Assembly (NCBI GenBank): GCA_951406725.2
Contig: OX597817.1
Span: 156,364,001-156,428,000 of the forward strand
Length of the DNA: 64,000 nt
Reading direction: 5' to 3'
DNA from: Octopus vulgaris
Taxonomy: Eukaryota
The stretch's first letter is position 1, and each line of letters opens with the position of its first letter. Positions 24,844 through 37,258 of this stretch are shown piece by piece. The notes under the pieces are model-generated. The model was not told where the DNA came from and did not search any database. It was given only the letters and a program-made list of their open reading frames with translations. The position numbers and the translations under genes are program-made.

Positions 24844-25068
24844 CCCTTTAGCATTTAAACCGGCCTTATCCGGCCAAAAGTATTCAGCCTGTTTTATGTT
24901 CAAACTGGCCAGATCTGGTCTCTCACACCAACCCTACAATATCGTTTTAAAAATCAACAGCTACCTCATCAAAGTCTCATAGGTACAAGATAATGCATGA
25001 TTAGTTCAAAACAATTTGGATGAAAAAGCATTAATTTTGGTAGAATAATGCAAACACTAAAGGGTTAA
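24840..25068 (+). mobile_element. TTAA/piggyBac-like MITE M1
   Basis: TTAA|CCCTTTAGCATT ... AACACTAAAGGG|TTAA. Confidence 0.9.
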
Positions 25069-25504
25069 ATCAGCTGTGAAGTTATATTGGTAAGAAAAGT
25101 CATTATTAGTGTTACTGCCTATCTGCCACTAAAAATGTTGGACAGTATTTCTTCTAGCTCTTTACACTCTGAATTCAAATTCCACTGAGGTCAGCTTCAC
25201 TTTCCAACCCTCTAGGGTCTATAAAGTAAAGTACCAGTCAAGTACTGGAGTCAGTGTTATCAACTCACCTTCTTTCCTAAATTGCAGCCCTTATACCTGT
25301 GGTAGAAGCCATTACTGGTTAATCTTTAAAAAGACAAGAAATCTATTCCCAAAATTTCACTCAACCAAAAATCAAATGCATGGGTGAAGGGAGTGAGTCA
25401 TTGAAACGTGTCCAGAGTCTTTGTCATCATTGCTGCCAAAGACCATATTCTCTCTCCCTGACTGATTAAAATTTCATAAATTCTCTCCTTTGCTCCTTTT
25501 GATA

Positions 25505-25733
25505 TTAACCCTTTAGTGTTCACATTATTCTGCCATAATTAAAGCTTTTTTGTCCTCATTGTTTTGAACTAATCAGGCATTATCTTGGAGCTTTGAGATT
25601 TTGAGGAGGTAGCTGTTAATTTTTAAAACAACATTGTAGTGTTGGTGTGAGAGGCCAGATCTGGCCATTTTGAACATAAAACAGGCAGAATACTTTTGGC
25701 CGAATATGGCCGGTTTAAATGCTAAAGGGTTAA
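25505..25733 (-). mobile_element. TTAA/piggyBac-like MITE M1 (inverted relative to 24840)
   Basis: TTAA|CCCTTTAGTGTT ... AATGCTAAAGGG|TTAA. Confidence 0.9.
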
Positions 25734-25937
25734 GTTTCATTAACCCTAATGACTTCATGTTACATGTATAATTTTAATTGATTAGAAAATTATTTTCAGT
25801 TCAGTACACTAAGTATGGTAGCCTGCACTTAACTATATGTTCTTCATTTCAAAAAAACATCTTTGAGAAAATTTCCAGTGCATTTGTATATATCCCACCC
25901 AACCATACATTGTATGGTGTAGCCCTGGATCTCCCCT

Positions 25938-26170
25938 GTGGAGGCACATGGCTTAGTGGTTAGAGGGTTCGACTCTTGATTTTAAGATTGTGGTTTCAGT
26001 TCCTGGACCAAGCAATGTGCTTGTTCTTGAGCAAAACACTTTATTTCATTTTACTCCTGTCCATTCAGCTAGCAAAAATTAGTAATCTTGCAATGGACCA
26101 GTGCCCTGTCTCTGTGGGGAAACTATACTCCATGGAAACTGGGTCTATATGACTCAGGAAGAATCTGGAT
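25938..26170 (+). mobile_element. Old tRNA-derived SINE (C-like head, CORE-like TTCTTGAGCAAAACACTT)
   Basis: TGGCTTAGTGG A box and GGTTTCAGTTCC B box; a related copy lies at about 53445-53700. Confidence 0.6.
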
Positions 26171-26883
26171 CTCCCCTACAGCAATAAATTTGTTTCTGTT
26201 CTTCCCATCATATTTTAATCTCTCAGCTTCTTGTATCTCTCAATGCATCGTCCCATCTCCTATTCTCTTCATCAGTTGAAGGGTGATTTGAGAGAGATTT
26301 GCCTACTATATCTAGCAAATTGGACAATCATGTCAGAGCACCCTTGTTAAGTTCATTGCCTGTTGGTTATTTAGGTTAATGGCATTAGGGTCACACTGTG
26401 TGTAACTCCTTAACTAAGACTTCTTTAATCTTGAGCTGCCTTATTAAGTTACTGAGCTGAAATTTTTGTTTCAATCTCTGACGAATCCTTTTTCTTTTTA
26501 TTATCTTTTTAACTTTTTTCCTTTTCTTGCTTTTTTTTTCTTCCTATAATCCCTTTGCTTCTCTTAAATTAGATTGGATCACTTTAGATTGTGGAATGTG
26601 AAGTGAACTAGTTGCAGTGGTTGTAAGGGCCATGCTAGTGTTCTGTAGTTGGAATGTTTCATCGTGGTAGTGGTACTAGTCTTGTCTAGTGGTCATGTTT
26701 TATAGGAACGTTGATAGAAGTGACTGTGATTGATATAGTAGTGCTGCAGTGACTGTGATTTTTGTTGTATAGCCCCCAGGTCAGCCCTCACTGTACTGAC
26801 CTATGTGTTCAAAGGTAAACCAAACATGACCACCACTTCTTTTTTCCTGTGTGCAGTAATATACCACTCTCTGTTTTTTCTTT

Positions 26884-27443
26884 TTAACCCCTTTGTTGTT
26901 ATATTTCTGTTAATATATACTGCATTTATTTCAATTAATTTTTAAAATAATGAAGAATTTAGTAAAATAACTTTTTAGTTATTAAACTAGGGCCTGGAAC
27001 AATTTAGCATAAAATTTTGATAGGAGACCTATTGTGCTTGAGGAGACCTATTGAGTCAAGTACATCAACATCAAAAAATCAAATGGAAATTGTAGTTGTG
27101 ATACCTGTGCCGGTGGCTTGTAAAAAGCACCAACCGATTGTGGCCTTTGCCAGCCTCCCCTGGCACCTGTACCGGTGGCACATAAAAAGCACCCACTACA
27201 CTCACGGAGTGGTTGGCGTTAGGAAGGGCATCCAGCTGTAGAAACACTGCTAGATCAGATGGGAGCCTGGTGCAGCCTCCTGGCTTCCCAGACCCCAGTC
27301 GAACCATCAAACCCATGCTAGCATGGAAAACAGACTTTAAACGATGATGATTATGATGACTATTATTTAGACCACTTTAAAAGAGTAAGTTTATATCATA
27401 GACCCTGGGGCGCTCTCAGGCAGGTTGGTATCAAAAGGGTTTA
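26884..27443 (-). mobile_element. MITE M2 with a nested family D copy (27022-27358)
   Basis: TTAACCCCTTTG ... GGTATCAAAAGGGTTTA termini, interrupted by a D element. Confidence 0.8.
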
Positions 27444-27650
27444 AGAAGACAGGACATGATTTGAAGGAGGTTTGGCTGCTATTTTTAACTGCTCAAACAA
27501 TCAACAAGAAGCTCTTTTGCTAACTCATAATATCTGGTATTGAGTTCTGTTGATAATAGTATCGAAATTGTTGATGATAATATGATATTGTAAAGGGATA
27601 ACAATGGGGAAGTTGTTAATGTTTAATTACAGGTTAGAACTATGATCAAA

Positions 27651-27882
27651 AGGCGGCGAGCTGGCGGAAACGTCAGCTCGCTGGACGAAATGCTTAGAGG
27701 TATTTTGTCTGTCTTTACGTTCTGTGTTCAAATTCTGCTGAGGTCGACTTTGCCTTTCATCCTTTCGGAGTCAATAAATTAAGTACCAGTTACGCACTGG
27801 GGTCGATATAATCGACTTAATCCCTTTGTCTGTCCTTGTGTGTCCCCTCTGTGTTTAGCCCCCTGTGGACAATAAAGAAATA
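27651..27882 (+). mobile_element. SINE family B with a 17-bp TSD
   Basis: TSD AGAACT(A/G)TGATCAAAAG. Confidence 0.9.
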
Positions 27883-28200
27883 AGAACTGTGATCAAAAGC
27901 ATTCCAGCCATGAACTCTCCATCTTTTATTTTTCAGTCTTTGTGTATTTAATACTATGTTATCCCATGTAGTCTTTGATGTAAGCTAGTTTAGGATGATA
28001 GGGTAGAATTCAAAGGAAGTTTGGCTGCTATTTGTAGCAGGTCAAATGACTTTGCTGCCAGTCCCTTTTTGGCTAAGTTGTGAAGTTGGAGCCCATGATG
28101 TTGTATATGAATGATGGTTTTGTAATGATGTTGTTGTTGATGATGCCATCAATGGTATTGGTGTTATTTGTAGTGAAAGCTGTGTGTACTACTTTGCTAT

Positions 28201-28589
28201 GGATGGAAGCACTCCGTCGGTTACGACGACTAGGGTTCCGGTTGATCCGAATCAATGGCACAGCCTGCTCGTGAAATTAACGTGTAAGTGGCTGAGCACT
28301 CCACAGACACGTGCACCCTTAACGTAGTTCTCGGGGATATTCAGCGTGACACAGAGAGTGACAAGGCCAGCCCTTTGAAATACGGGTACAACAGAAACAG
28401 GAAGTAAGAGTGAGAGAAAGTTGTGGTGAAAGAGTACAGCAGGGATCACCACCATCCCCTGCCGGAGCCTCGTGGAGCTTTTAGGTGTTTTTGCTCAATA
28501 AACACTCACAACGCCCAGTCTGGGAATCAAAACCGCGATCCTATGACCGCGAGTCCGCTGCCCTAACCACTGGGCCATTGCACCTCCAC
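28201..28589 (-). mobile_element. SINE family C
   Basis: Reverse complement of family C; TSD ACTACTTTGCTAT. Confidence 0.92.
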
Positions 28590-28628
28590 ACTACTTTGCT
28601 ATATGGTGGTATGGACCATTAATGTTGC

Positions 28629-29024
28629 CAGGCATGGCTGTGTGGTAAGAAGTTCACTTCCCAACCACATCATTCTGGGTTCAGTCTCACTGCATGGTAC
28701 CTTGGCCAAGTGTCTTCTACTATAGCCCCAAGCCAACCAAAGCCTTTTGAGTAGATTTGATAGACAGGAACTCAAGAAAGCCTGTCATATGTGTGTGTTT
28801 GTGATTCTTTGTCTCTACATGGCATAATCGCTGTAACTGATTGTACTGTTATAGAAGTAGTGTTATTCGTTTCCAATATTCTGTGAGAACATGTCTGTCC
28901 ATGGGGGAAATATTATCTTGCTTGTAAACAGATGAAGGTTGGCAACAGGAAGGGCATCCAGCTGTTGAAAATTTGCCTCAGTAAATAAACTTTGTCCAAT
29001 CCAATGCAAGCATGGAAAAGTGGA
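28629..29024 (+). mobile_element. SINE family F (A head, D-like tail)
   Basis: GGCATGGCTGTGTGGTAAG head, then a distinct body, then AGGAAGGGCATCCAGC...CATGGAAAAGTGGA tail. Same layout at 55310-55790 (minus). Confidence 0.7.
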
Positions 29025-29337
29025 TCATCATCGTTCAGCATCCGCTTTCCATGCTGGCATGGGTTGGACGGTGCAACTGGGGTCTGGGAAGCCAGAAGGC
29101 TGCACCAGGCCCAGTCTGATCTGGCAATGTTTCTACAGCTGGATGCCCTTCCTAACGCCAACCACTCCATGAGTGTAGTGGGTGCCTTTTACGTGCCACC
29201 TGCACAGGTGCCAGACGAGGCTGGCAAACAGCCACGATCGGATGGTGCTTTTTACGTGCCACCGGCACGTAGGCCAGGCGAGGATGGCAACGGCCACGAT
29301 CGGATGGTGCTTTTTAATAATGATGATGATGATGATG
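29025..29337 (-). mobile_element. Family D retroposon
   Basis: Core plus internal tandem units. Confidence 0.88.
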
Positions 29338-29627
29338 CATACAGTGGCATGGGCCACTCTGTTCCCATACTCACTTAGTAACATAGACTTTGGTATTCCC
29401 ATACATCCACAGCGGTATGAACACTATATCCTTGAATACACACACAGTGGTATAGATGGTATGACCCAGTATACCACCATACATCCATCGCGATGTAGGT
29501 CATTAGGCCTCATACATACCCACAATAATGGTTACTACCATTATACCCCTGTGTACACACACACATACGTGTACACAATGACCACTCTACTCACCCCATA
29601 ACTTTGTGGTATGTCCCGCTATGTAAG

Positions 29628-29838
29628 GTTAGCACGCCGGGCGAAATGCCTTCTGGTATTTCGTCTGTTGCTACATTGTGAGTTCAAATTCCGCCGAGGT
29701 CGACTTTGCCTTTTCATCCTTTCAGGGTCGATAAATTAAGTACCAGTTACGCATTGGGTCGATATAATCGACTTAATCCGTTTGTCTGTCCTTGTTTGTC
29801 CCCTCTATGTTTAGCCCCTTGTGCGTAGTAAAGAAATA
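29628..29838 (+). mobile_element. SINE family B flanked by a ~150-bp direct duplication (29475-29624, 29844-30014)
   Basis: Both flanks read CACCATACATCCAT...ACTTTGTGGTATGTCCC. Confidence 0.88.
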
Positions 29839-29921
29839 TATATCACCATACATCCATTGCGATATAGGTCATTAGGCCGCATACATACCCACAATAATGG
29901 TTACTACCATTATACCCCGGT

Positions 29922-29958
<37 letters not shown>

Positions 29959-30205
29959 CGTACACAATGACCACTCTACCCACCCCATAAACTTTGTGGT
30001 ATGTCCCACTGTGTCCCGCACTTACACAGAGCTATGTGCCACACCCAAACTGTTCTGCCAGTGGCAGCAGCTGTGATGCAGTGAAGCTGTATCATTCTAC
30101 CAATCCATTGACATCTGTTGTTGACTCACAAGCCATACATTGGCAGCAGCTGCTGCTGTTGTTGTTTCTTTTCTGCTGTTCTTAGTTGTGGTGGTGGTGG
30201 TGGTG

Positions 30206-30610
30206 GGCAGCGAGCTGACAGAAACGTTAGCACGCCGGGCGAAATGTTTAGCGGTATTTCGTCTGCCGTTACGTTCTGAGTTCAAATTCCACCGAGGTCG
30301 ACTTTGCCTTTCATCCTTTCGGGATTGATTAAATAAGTACCAGTTACGCACTGGGGTCGATGTAATCGACTTAATCCGTTTGTCTGTCCTTGTTTGTCCC
30401 CTCTGTGTTTAGCTCCTTGTGGGTAGTAAAGAAAAAGGTATTTCGTCTGCCGCCATTACATTCTGAGTTCAAATTCCGCCGAGGTCGACTTTGTCTTTCA
30501 TCCTTTCGGGGTCGATTAAATAAGTACCAGTTGCGCACTGGGGTCAATGTAATCGACTTAATCCGTTTGTCTGTCCTTGTTTAGCCCCTTGTGGTCAATA
30601 AAGAAATAGG
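30206..30610 (+). mobile_element. Tandem SINE B dimer (full copy plus a 5'-truncated copy)
   Basis: The second unit restarts at GGTATTTCGTCTGCCG (about 30437), directly after the first tail. Confidence 0.88.
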
Positions 30611-30926
30611 TTCTCACATGTTCTAGTTGTTGTTGTTGTTGATGTTCTCTGTTGTTCTGTTTAGTTGCTTATTGTTGTTGTGTGTGTTGTTCCTGTTATT
30701 GGTGCTGTTGTGTTTATATCTGCCTCTGTTTGTTGCACCTATTGCTGCCTCCATTCTCTTCCCTCTCCCACCACCTCTCCGTATGCACACTTGCATGCAT
30801 GCATGTATGTGTACCGGGTTATTATTTATTCTTTATTAGTCTTATTTACACACTTCATACAAATACACACACTTCTTCACACACATACACACACAACATG
30901 AATACATTTCTTCACACATATATATA

Positions 30927-31223
30927 CTAGCAGTATCGCCCGGCGTTGCTCGGGTTTGTAAGGGAAATAACTATATAAGCATTTTTAGAGAGTTATAGCC
31001 AAAAAATAGCAAAAAAATGCATTAAAATTGGAAAAAAAATGATGGTAAATTATTTTTTAAATCGTAGACTCATCGTAGACGCGCGCTAATACCCAGAAGG
31101 GCTCGATATGAATCACGACTATAAGATACCCGGTTTTGGTTAAACTGCACCGCAAAATGTGAGAGTAGTTAGGAATCTAAATCGTAGGAGACAGACACAC
31201 AACTTCACTTTTATATACAAAGA
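30927..31223 (-). mobile_element. Non-autonomous Helitron with both termini
   Basis: Minus strand A|TC...hairpin CCCGAGCAACGCCGGG...CTAG|T; inserted between A and T with no TSD. Confidence 0.88.
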
Positions 31224-31328
31224 TATATATATATATCAATAATAAAAGGGTAAAACTAATTAATTATTAATTAATTTTACCAAGTAGTGTTCAGTATGTA
31301 AAAAGACCATTTACGGTATATTTAAAAC

Positions 31329-31533
31329 ATTACGTTATATAATTAGGGTTCAGTAAAATAATTTACTTTACCACACACCGAACTTTTAGAAATAGCAGCC
31401 AAAAAATCTTAGCTATTTCTTCTACTATAAGAAAAATCTCCCAGACAATGCATACTAAAAAATAACTCACACAGGTATGTTCGGTGTGTGGTAAAGTAAA
31501 TTATTTTACTGAACCCTAATTATATAACGTAAT
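31329..31533. repeat. Perfect 55-bp inverted repeat (31329-31383 / 31479-31533)
   Basis: ATTACGTTATATAATTAGGGTTCAG...CACACACCGAAC and its exact reverse complement, with a 95-bp spacer. Confidence 0.9.
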
Positions 31534-31610
31534 ATATATATATATATACATGCACTCACATGCAGCATGAATACACTTCTTCATGCACAAATCCATTCAA
31601 ACCTGCACAC

Positions 31611-31642
<32 letters not shown>

Positions 31643-32100
31643 TTTCTCTGGTATGTGCACTCTCAACATACACATACATGCACAGAAACGCATTCCTTCA
31701 AGTACACATTCTCAGAGACTCGCATACTTTTAGACATATATACAGATTAACACATGCATTCTCACCACCAGGCAGGCACACACACACACCTCTCTCTCTC
31801 ACTCTCTCTCTCTCACTCTCACACACACACACACCTCCACTGTTCCTGCACTTCAATAATTTGTTACTGATGGGTTTAGTGTTGTGGGAGAGGGTTAGCC
31901 TTTCTTTCCTTATTAACATTAATTTTATGGTTCCTCCCACATCTAAACCTACTCACCTCCTCTTCAGATTCAATTAAGATTGGTTCAATCCCATGCTATA
32001 GCACTGAACTGTCAATTTTCATTTTCATTTTTTTAAATACCTAGTAAAGTAAACGTTTCCCAATATTCTATTATCATCATGTTATCACCATCTTCATTCT

Positions 32101-32497
32101 TACTCTTTTACTTGTTTCAGTCATTTGACTGCGGCCATGCTGGAGCACTTCCTTAAGTCGAGCAAATCGACCCCGGGACTTATTCTTTGTAAGCCTAGTA
32201 CTTATTCTATAGGTCTCTTTTGCCGAACCGCTAAGTAACGGGGACATAAACACACCAGCATCGGTTGTCAAGCAATGCTAGGGGGACAAACACAGACACA
32301 GAAACACACACACGCATATATATATATATACATATACACGACGAGCTTCTTTCAGTTTCCGTCTACCAAATCCACTCACAAGGCTTTGGTCGGCCCGAGG
32401 CTATAGTAGAAGACACTTGCCCAAGGTGCCACACAGTGGGACTGAACCCGGAACCATGTGGTTGGTAGACAAGCTACTTACCACACAGCCACTCCTT
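32101..32497 (-). mobile_element. SINE family A
   Basis: Near full-length match. Confidence 0.92.
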
Positions 32498-32940
32498 ATT
32501 TTTTTTACAATTATAATTATTAAGGCAGTTGGATGGGAGAAACAGCCCAATGACATACAGTGTTTATTTTCGTCCCTTATAATGAGGATTCAAACCCAAA
32601 CAACATCACTAAAAATCAGTCGTACAACTGTTACAAACCCTAACCACACATACTGGTGTTTTATTCAGTTAACTACCCACTCTACCTGTTACAAATTGTG
32701 CACTCATTTACCTATGTTCGCAGAGCATCGGATAACATGCCCTGTGACATTTGTTTTGTAGTCTTCAAATCTCACCAAAATCAACTCTGCCTTTCTGGAG
32801 TTGAAAATAAAATTAAATTAAATATCCATCAACTATTGAATTTAAATTACTAATCACTCCCTCCAGATTTATGATCTTATGCTTATGTTACAAAAAAGAT
32901 TCAAATTATTATTATAATTTTTATTATTATTATTATTATT

Positions 32941-33175
32941 GAAGGCAGTGAGTTGGCAGAATCATTAGCATGCCTGGCAAAAATGTTAGTGTCATTTTGT
33001 TCATTTTTTCATTCCGAGTTCAAATTCCGCCAAGGTCAGCTTTGCCTTTTGTCCTTTCAGGATCAATAAGATAAGTACCAGTTGCACACTGGGGTCGATG
33101 TAATTGACTACTCCCCTTCCCTGCAAAATTTTAGACCCATTATTATTATTATAATTTGTGGTGGTGGTGGTGGTA

Positions 33176-33207
<32 letters not shown>

Positions 33208-33420
33208 GAATTGGCAGGGTCATCAGAATGTTGGGGGGGAAAGTGTGTTTATGTTATTTTGTTCTGGTTCATTATGTTTTGATTTCAAATCTCCCGAGGT
33301 CAGCTTTACCCTTCATCCATTTAGGGGTTAATAAAATAAAATGCCAATCAAATATTGGGGGTTGATGGCATTGACTAACCTCATTCCTTCAAAATTGCTG
33401 ACCTTGTGTCAAAATCAGAA
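32941..33420 (+). mobile_element. Two older SINE B2 copies (B head and core, different tail ending in (ATT)n)
   Basis: GAGTTCAAATTCCGCCAAGGTC...AAGTACCAG..TGGGGTC core with a CCCCTTCC..AAAATT..GCCTTGTGCC-type tail. Further copies at about 25130, 58810, 59230, 59632, 62940 and 63485. Confidence 0.7.
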
Positions 33421-34193
33421 ACATCATTATTATTATCATTGTCATCATCTTATATTTCATATCGTAAAGCAGTTACCCTTCTTCCCAGTATTTGCTTTGA
33501 TATCAATGCCATTCATGTCACACAAACTAGCTATGGATGCATGTGAGTTGATGATACTATGCCACCAGTCATGGCAGCATATAAGTCAGTGATATATCAT
33601 ACTACCAACCATGGTAGCAGACAAGCCATTAAGGCCATACCATCAACCATTTTGAGCCTTCGTTACCACACCACATCACTAGAAGTCACACACAGAAATG
33701 ATATCATCGTACAGGTGTTATTGCATAAAACAAACTCTCATCACTATTTGCTGTATTCTATTGACTATTGCTATTTCTCATGTGATGTTGGTTTTTAGCT
33801 GCTGGTTAATCCTGATTTTACAGACCCGTGATCAGAGCCATTCCAATCATGGCATCTCATCTGTTTTCTTATGGACAAGAAATCATGTATTTTTAAAATT
33901 TTTTTTTATTTCTGGTTTTTTTTTTTTTTTTTTAAGATGGAAGAATGTGATTTGAAGAAGGAGAATTTGGCTGCTATTTCTGGCAGTTTGGGCTGCTACA
34001 TGGTGGCTTGGCTCCCTTGTTGGTTTCACCTCGTGTGATGTAATCTCGTTATGTCACCTGTAGCATTTTAGCTAAAAACCTTTGCAGTTATCCACCCTAT
34101 GCTGCTCTTTTGCTGGGCTAGGGTTCAGCTATGTGTGTGTGTGTGTGTCTCTCTCTGTCCCCTGTTAATGACTCAGACTAATATACCAATAGC

Positions 34194-34227
<34 letters not shown>

Positions 34228-34599
34228 ACTGGCAGTTTTAGTTTGGCAAGGCTGCTCTTACCAGTTAGTGCCTTGTTTCATTCATTTCCTTATGTGTGTG
34301 TGCGCACATGTATACATACACACACACACATGTATGAATGTGTGCATGATTATGTATTTATGTATGGGTGTGTTTTTGTGGGTGTGTGTGTGTGTGTGTA
34401 TATATGCGTATGTATGTACTTATGTAATATATGTATAGATATGTTTTTGTGCATGCTCGTGTATGTGTGTGTGTGCGTGTGTGTAAATGAGAAGAGAGAG
34501 AGAAAGATAAACTATTTCTTTCTTTCAATTTGGATTTTAATTGGAATAAAATATATCAATGGGGAGAGGAAGGTTTGAACTCCTTTCACTATTATAATT

Positions 34600-35646
34600 G
34601 TTATTTTGCGGGAGAGGAGGGTTGAATGAAACTACTTTCCTTATTTCTATCCTCTTCTTTCTTCTTCCCTGCCCGATGTAACACCGAGAGAGAGAGGCTG
34701 TCGAGGGGTGGGGGTGCGGGGAAAGAGAGGGAATGAGTTAACAACCCCACATTCTTTCATTGTTAGTTTGCTATTTTAGAAATACTGTTGAACGCTGCCG
34801 AAGAAATGATTGTAGAGAAACGGAGAGGAGGGAAAAAAATCAATATCTTACGACTTGCGTGTGTCGGTGTATGTGTATGTGTGTCCGTTAGCGTGTTCAC
34901 CCTCCTTTCTCTTTCTCGCTCCCCACCTCTCCTTGCTCTCCCTCCCTCCCTTCTCATTCTGTACAAAGCTGACTGTAGTGCTGTTATGGCAACAACTAGT
35001 AGAATATTCAGATGATCACAATTGTGTCCCTACAGAAGCAGCAGCATTTATATAATGAGATTGCTGGCATCCATCCTCCTATATAGTTTTCTGCAATAAA
35101 ACTACTGGTGTTTGTTCATTGATTATTTATGCAACAAATCTCGTTGCATGTCAACTGTCTACATGTAATCAGTTTAAATAGTTTCTCCCCTTCAAAGCTA
35201 TATAAACATGAATACATTTAAATATATGTATTGTATATATTACTGGTATTGGTGGCCACGTCTGTGACAATCCTTGCTCTTTTTTCGGCTCTGTATCGCC
35301 ACCTCTACACTCTTTTAGCCATTCCCATCTGTTGAAGAAAGAATAATAATAATAATAATATTAGCTGTAGCAGCAGTAGTAGTAGCAGCAGCAGTAGTAG
35401 TAGCAGCAGCAGTAGCAGCAGCAGCAGCAGAGATTATCAATATCAATGTTATTTTGAGCTGTAATAGCTTCTTGTGGACTTTGAGCAAAGAATCAATCAG
35501 TTATGCTCTCATCGTGGTCCAATAGAAAGCCAGCTAGCTAGTGACTGCTGACTCCCTTACTTCATCTGCTCTTGGCCAGAATGCCGACATAACAACACAA
35601 GTTGCAGTGCAGGTCATAAAGCGCTAAAGGCGCGGGAGACAGAATG
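34600..35646 (+). other. Candidate alternative promoter and long first exon ending in ATG|GTAAGC
   Basis: About 1 kb of SINE-free, locally CpG-containing sequence with GA/CT and (AGC/AGT)n tracts. Ends GGCGCGGGAGACAGAATG|GTAAGC: ATG at 35644-35646 with A at -3, strong donor, in-frame stop upstream, followed by an abruptly AT-rich intron-like tract. Confidence 0.55.
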
Positions 35647-36182
35647 GTAAGCCAGCACTCTATTTCTCCAAATATTTACTTCAAACCTTTCAATTTCAGT
35701 AGGAAATTTACTTTTTATTTTCACCATCATTTTTTTTTAATCTTGTCTTTGCTATTTTATTCATAAATTTATTTTAGCAATGCAAGGAACATGATTATCT
35801 ACAAGTATATATTATAAAAAAAAAGTAACCACTTGTAGTTTAAAAGGAAAATTCCTTTAGACTGCTTTCAGTTTCATTTTCAAATATAGCATTTCTTTTA
35901 ATTTTTATTTCAATTCCTTTGATATTTTCAAACATTATTTAGAATTTGTTGAAAAACATTATATAAAGAGTATTTCACTTGATAAATTTCTTCCTTTTGG
36001 AAATTTTAATTTTGAGCTGTTTTCATATTTTCTCTTCATTTTCACATTTTACAGCTGAAAGAAAAAACAGGTTTTTTTCATTATTCTTGTTTTAGCATTT
36101 ACATCTTGGCATCTCCATTTTGTCTTTCAGTATTTCAGTTGTCAAAGATACCATACATTATCATTATTTTCCCTTTGTCTTT

Positions 36183-36184
<2 letters not shown>

Positions 36185-36250
<66 letters not shown>

Positions 36251-36269
36251 AGTGTGTGTGTGTGTGTGT
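36185..36269. repeat. (GT)n microsatellite
   Basis: About 40 units; similar tract at 37720-37777. Confidence 0.95.
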
Positions 36270-36394
36270 AGGAAATATGAATGTAATGTATGTAGAGTGT
36301 ATAATGTATGTATGTATGTGTATATATGTAATACATATATATATATGTAATGTATGTGTGTGCATATACATAATGCATATGTAATTCATACATT

Positions 36395-36432
<38 letters not shown>

Positions 36433-37037
36433 TCACACAAGTATATATATATATAATGAATGAATGTATATGTATGTATATAAATAAGATATGTTTGTAA
36501 TATATGAGTGCATGTATGTGTGTGTATAGATAATGAACGAATGAATGAATGTGTGTGTGTATATAATTCATATATTACATACATATAAGTGCTGTACGAA
36601 TGTATGTGTGTGTCTATGAAATATATCTATATGTGTGGGAACTGCATGAATGTATATCATATCTATTTAAATGCATGTATATCTACAAAGCAGCACTTCA
36701 GTTGTGAACTACACACCCCACCTAGATAATAATATTATTTTAGAAGAGAAATTATAATAACACCTGTTCACTTTAACATCTCTATTAGATGTGTATGCTT
36801 ACAAGTGTGTGTTGTGTAGTGTGTATGTAATACCTGAGCTAATGATATTTTTCTAGCTTCACCTTGTCCTTGAGATATTACTGTATAGTTCACGTTAAGA
36901 TGTCTCTATTTTTTGTCTATTGAGGTACTTATCTGTATATTTTACAATGAGACATTTATTTTTAATGTTCAGTATTCAGATATACAATGAATATTGATTG
37001 TACTCATGGGTCATTAAAAAAAAAATTTTTATGGCAT

Positions 37038-37258
37038 TTAACCCTTTAGTGTTTAAACCGGCCCCCAAATACTCTATATGTTTTATAATCAAACTGGGAA
37101 TATCTAGCCCCTCAAACCTAACCTACATTGACATTCAAAAAAATATACAATCACATCATTGAGACCTCAAAGCTATGAGATAATGCATGATTAATTCAAA
37201 ACAATTTGAGTGAAAAAGTATTACATTTAACAGAGTAATCTGAACACTAAAGGGTTAA
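37038..37258 (+). mobile_element. MITE M1
   Basis: TTAA|CCCTTTAGTGTT ... AACACTAAAGGG|TTAA. Confidence 0.88.

Noticed and set aside
35462-35646. Frame LLVDFEQR...DC(UGA)LPYFICSWPEC as a selenoprotein exon
   Set aside because: No start codon or acceptor opens the frame, no SECIS is evident, and there is no family resemblance; a UTR reading is simpler.
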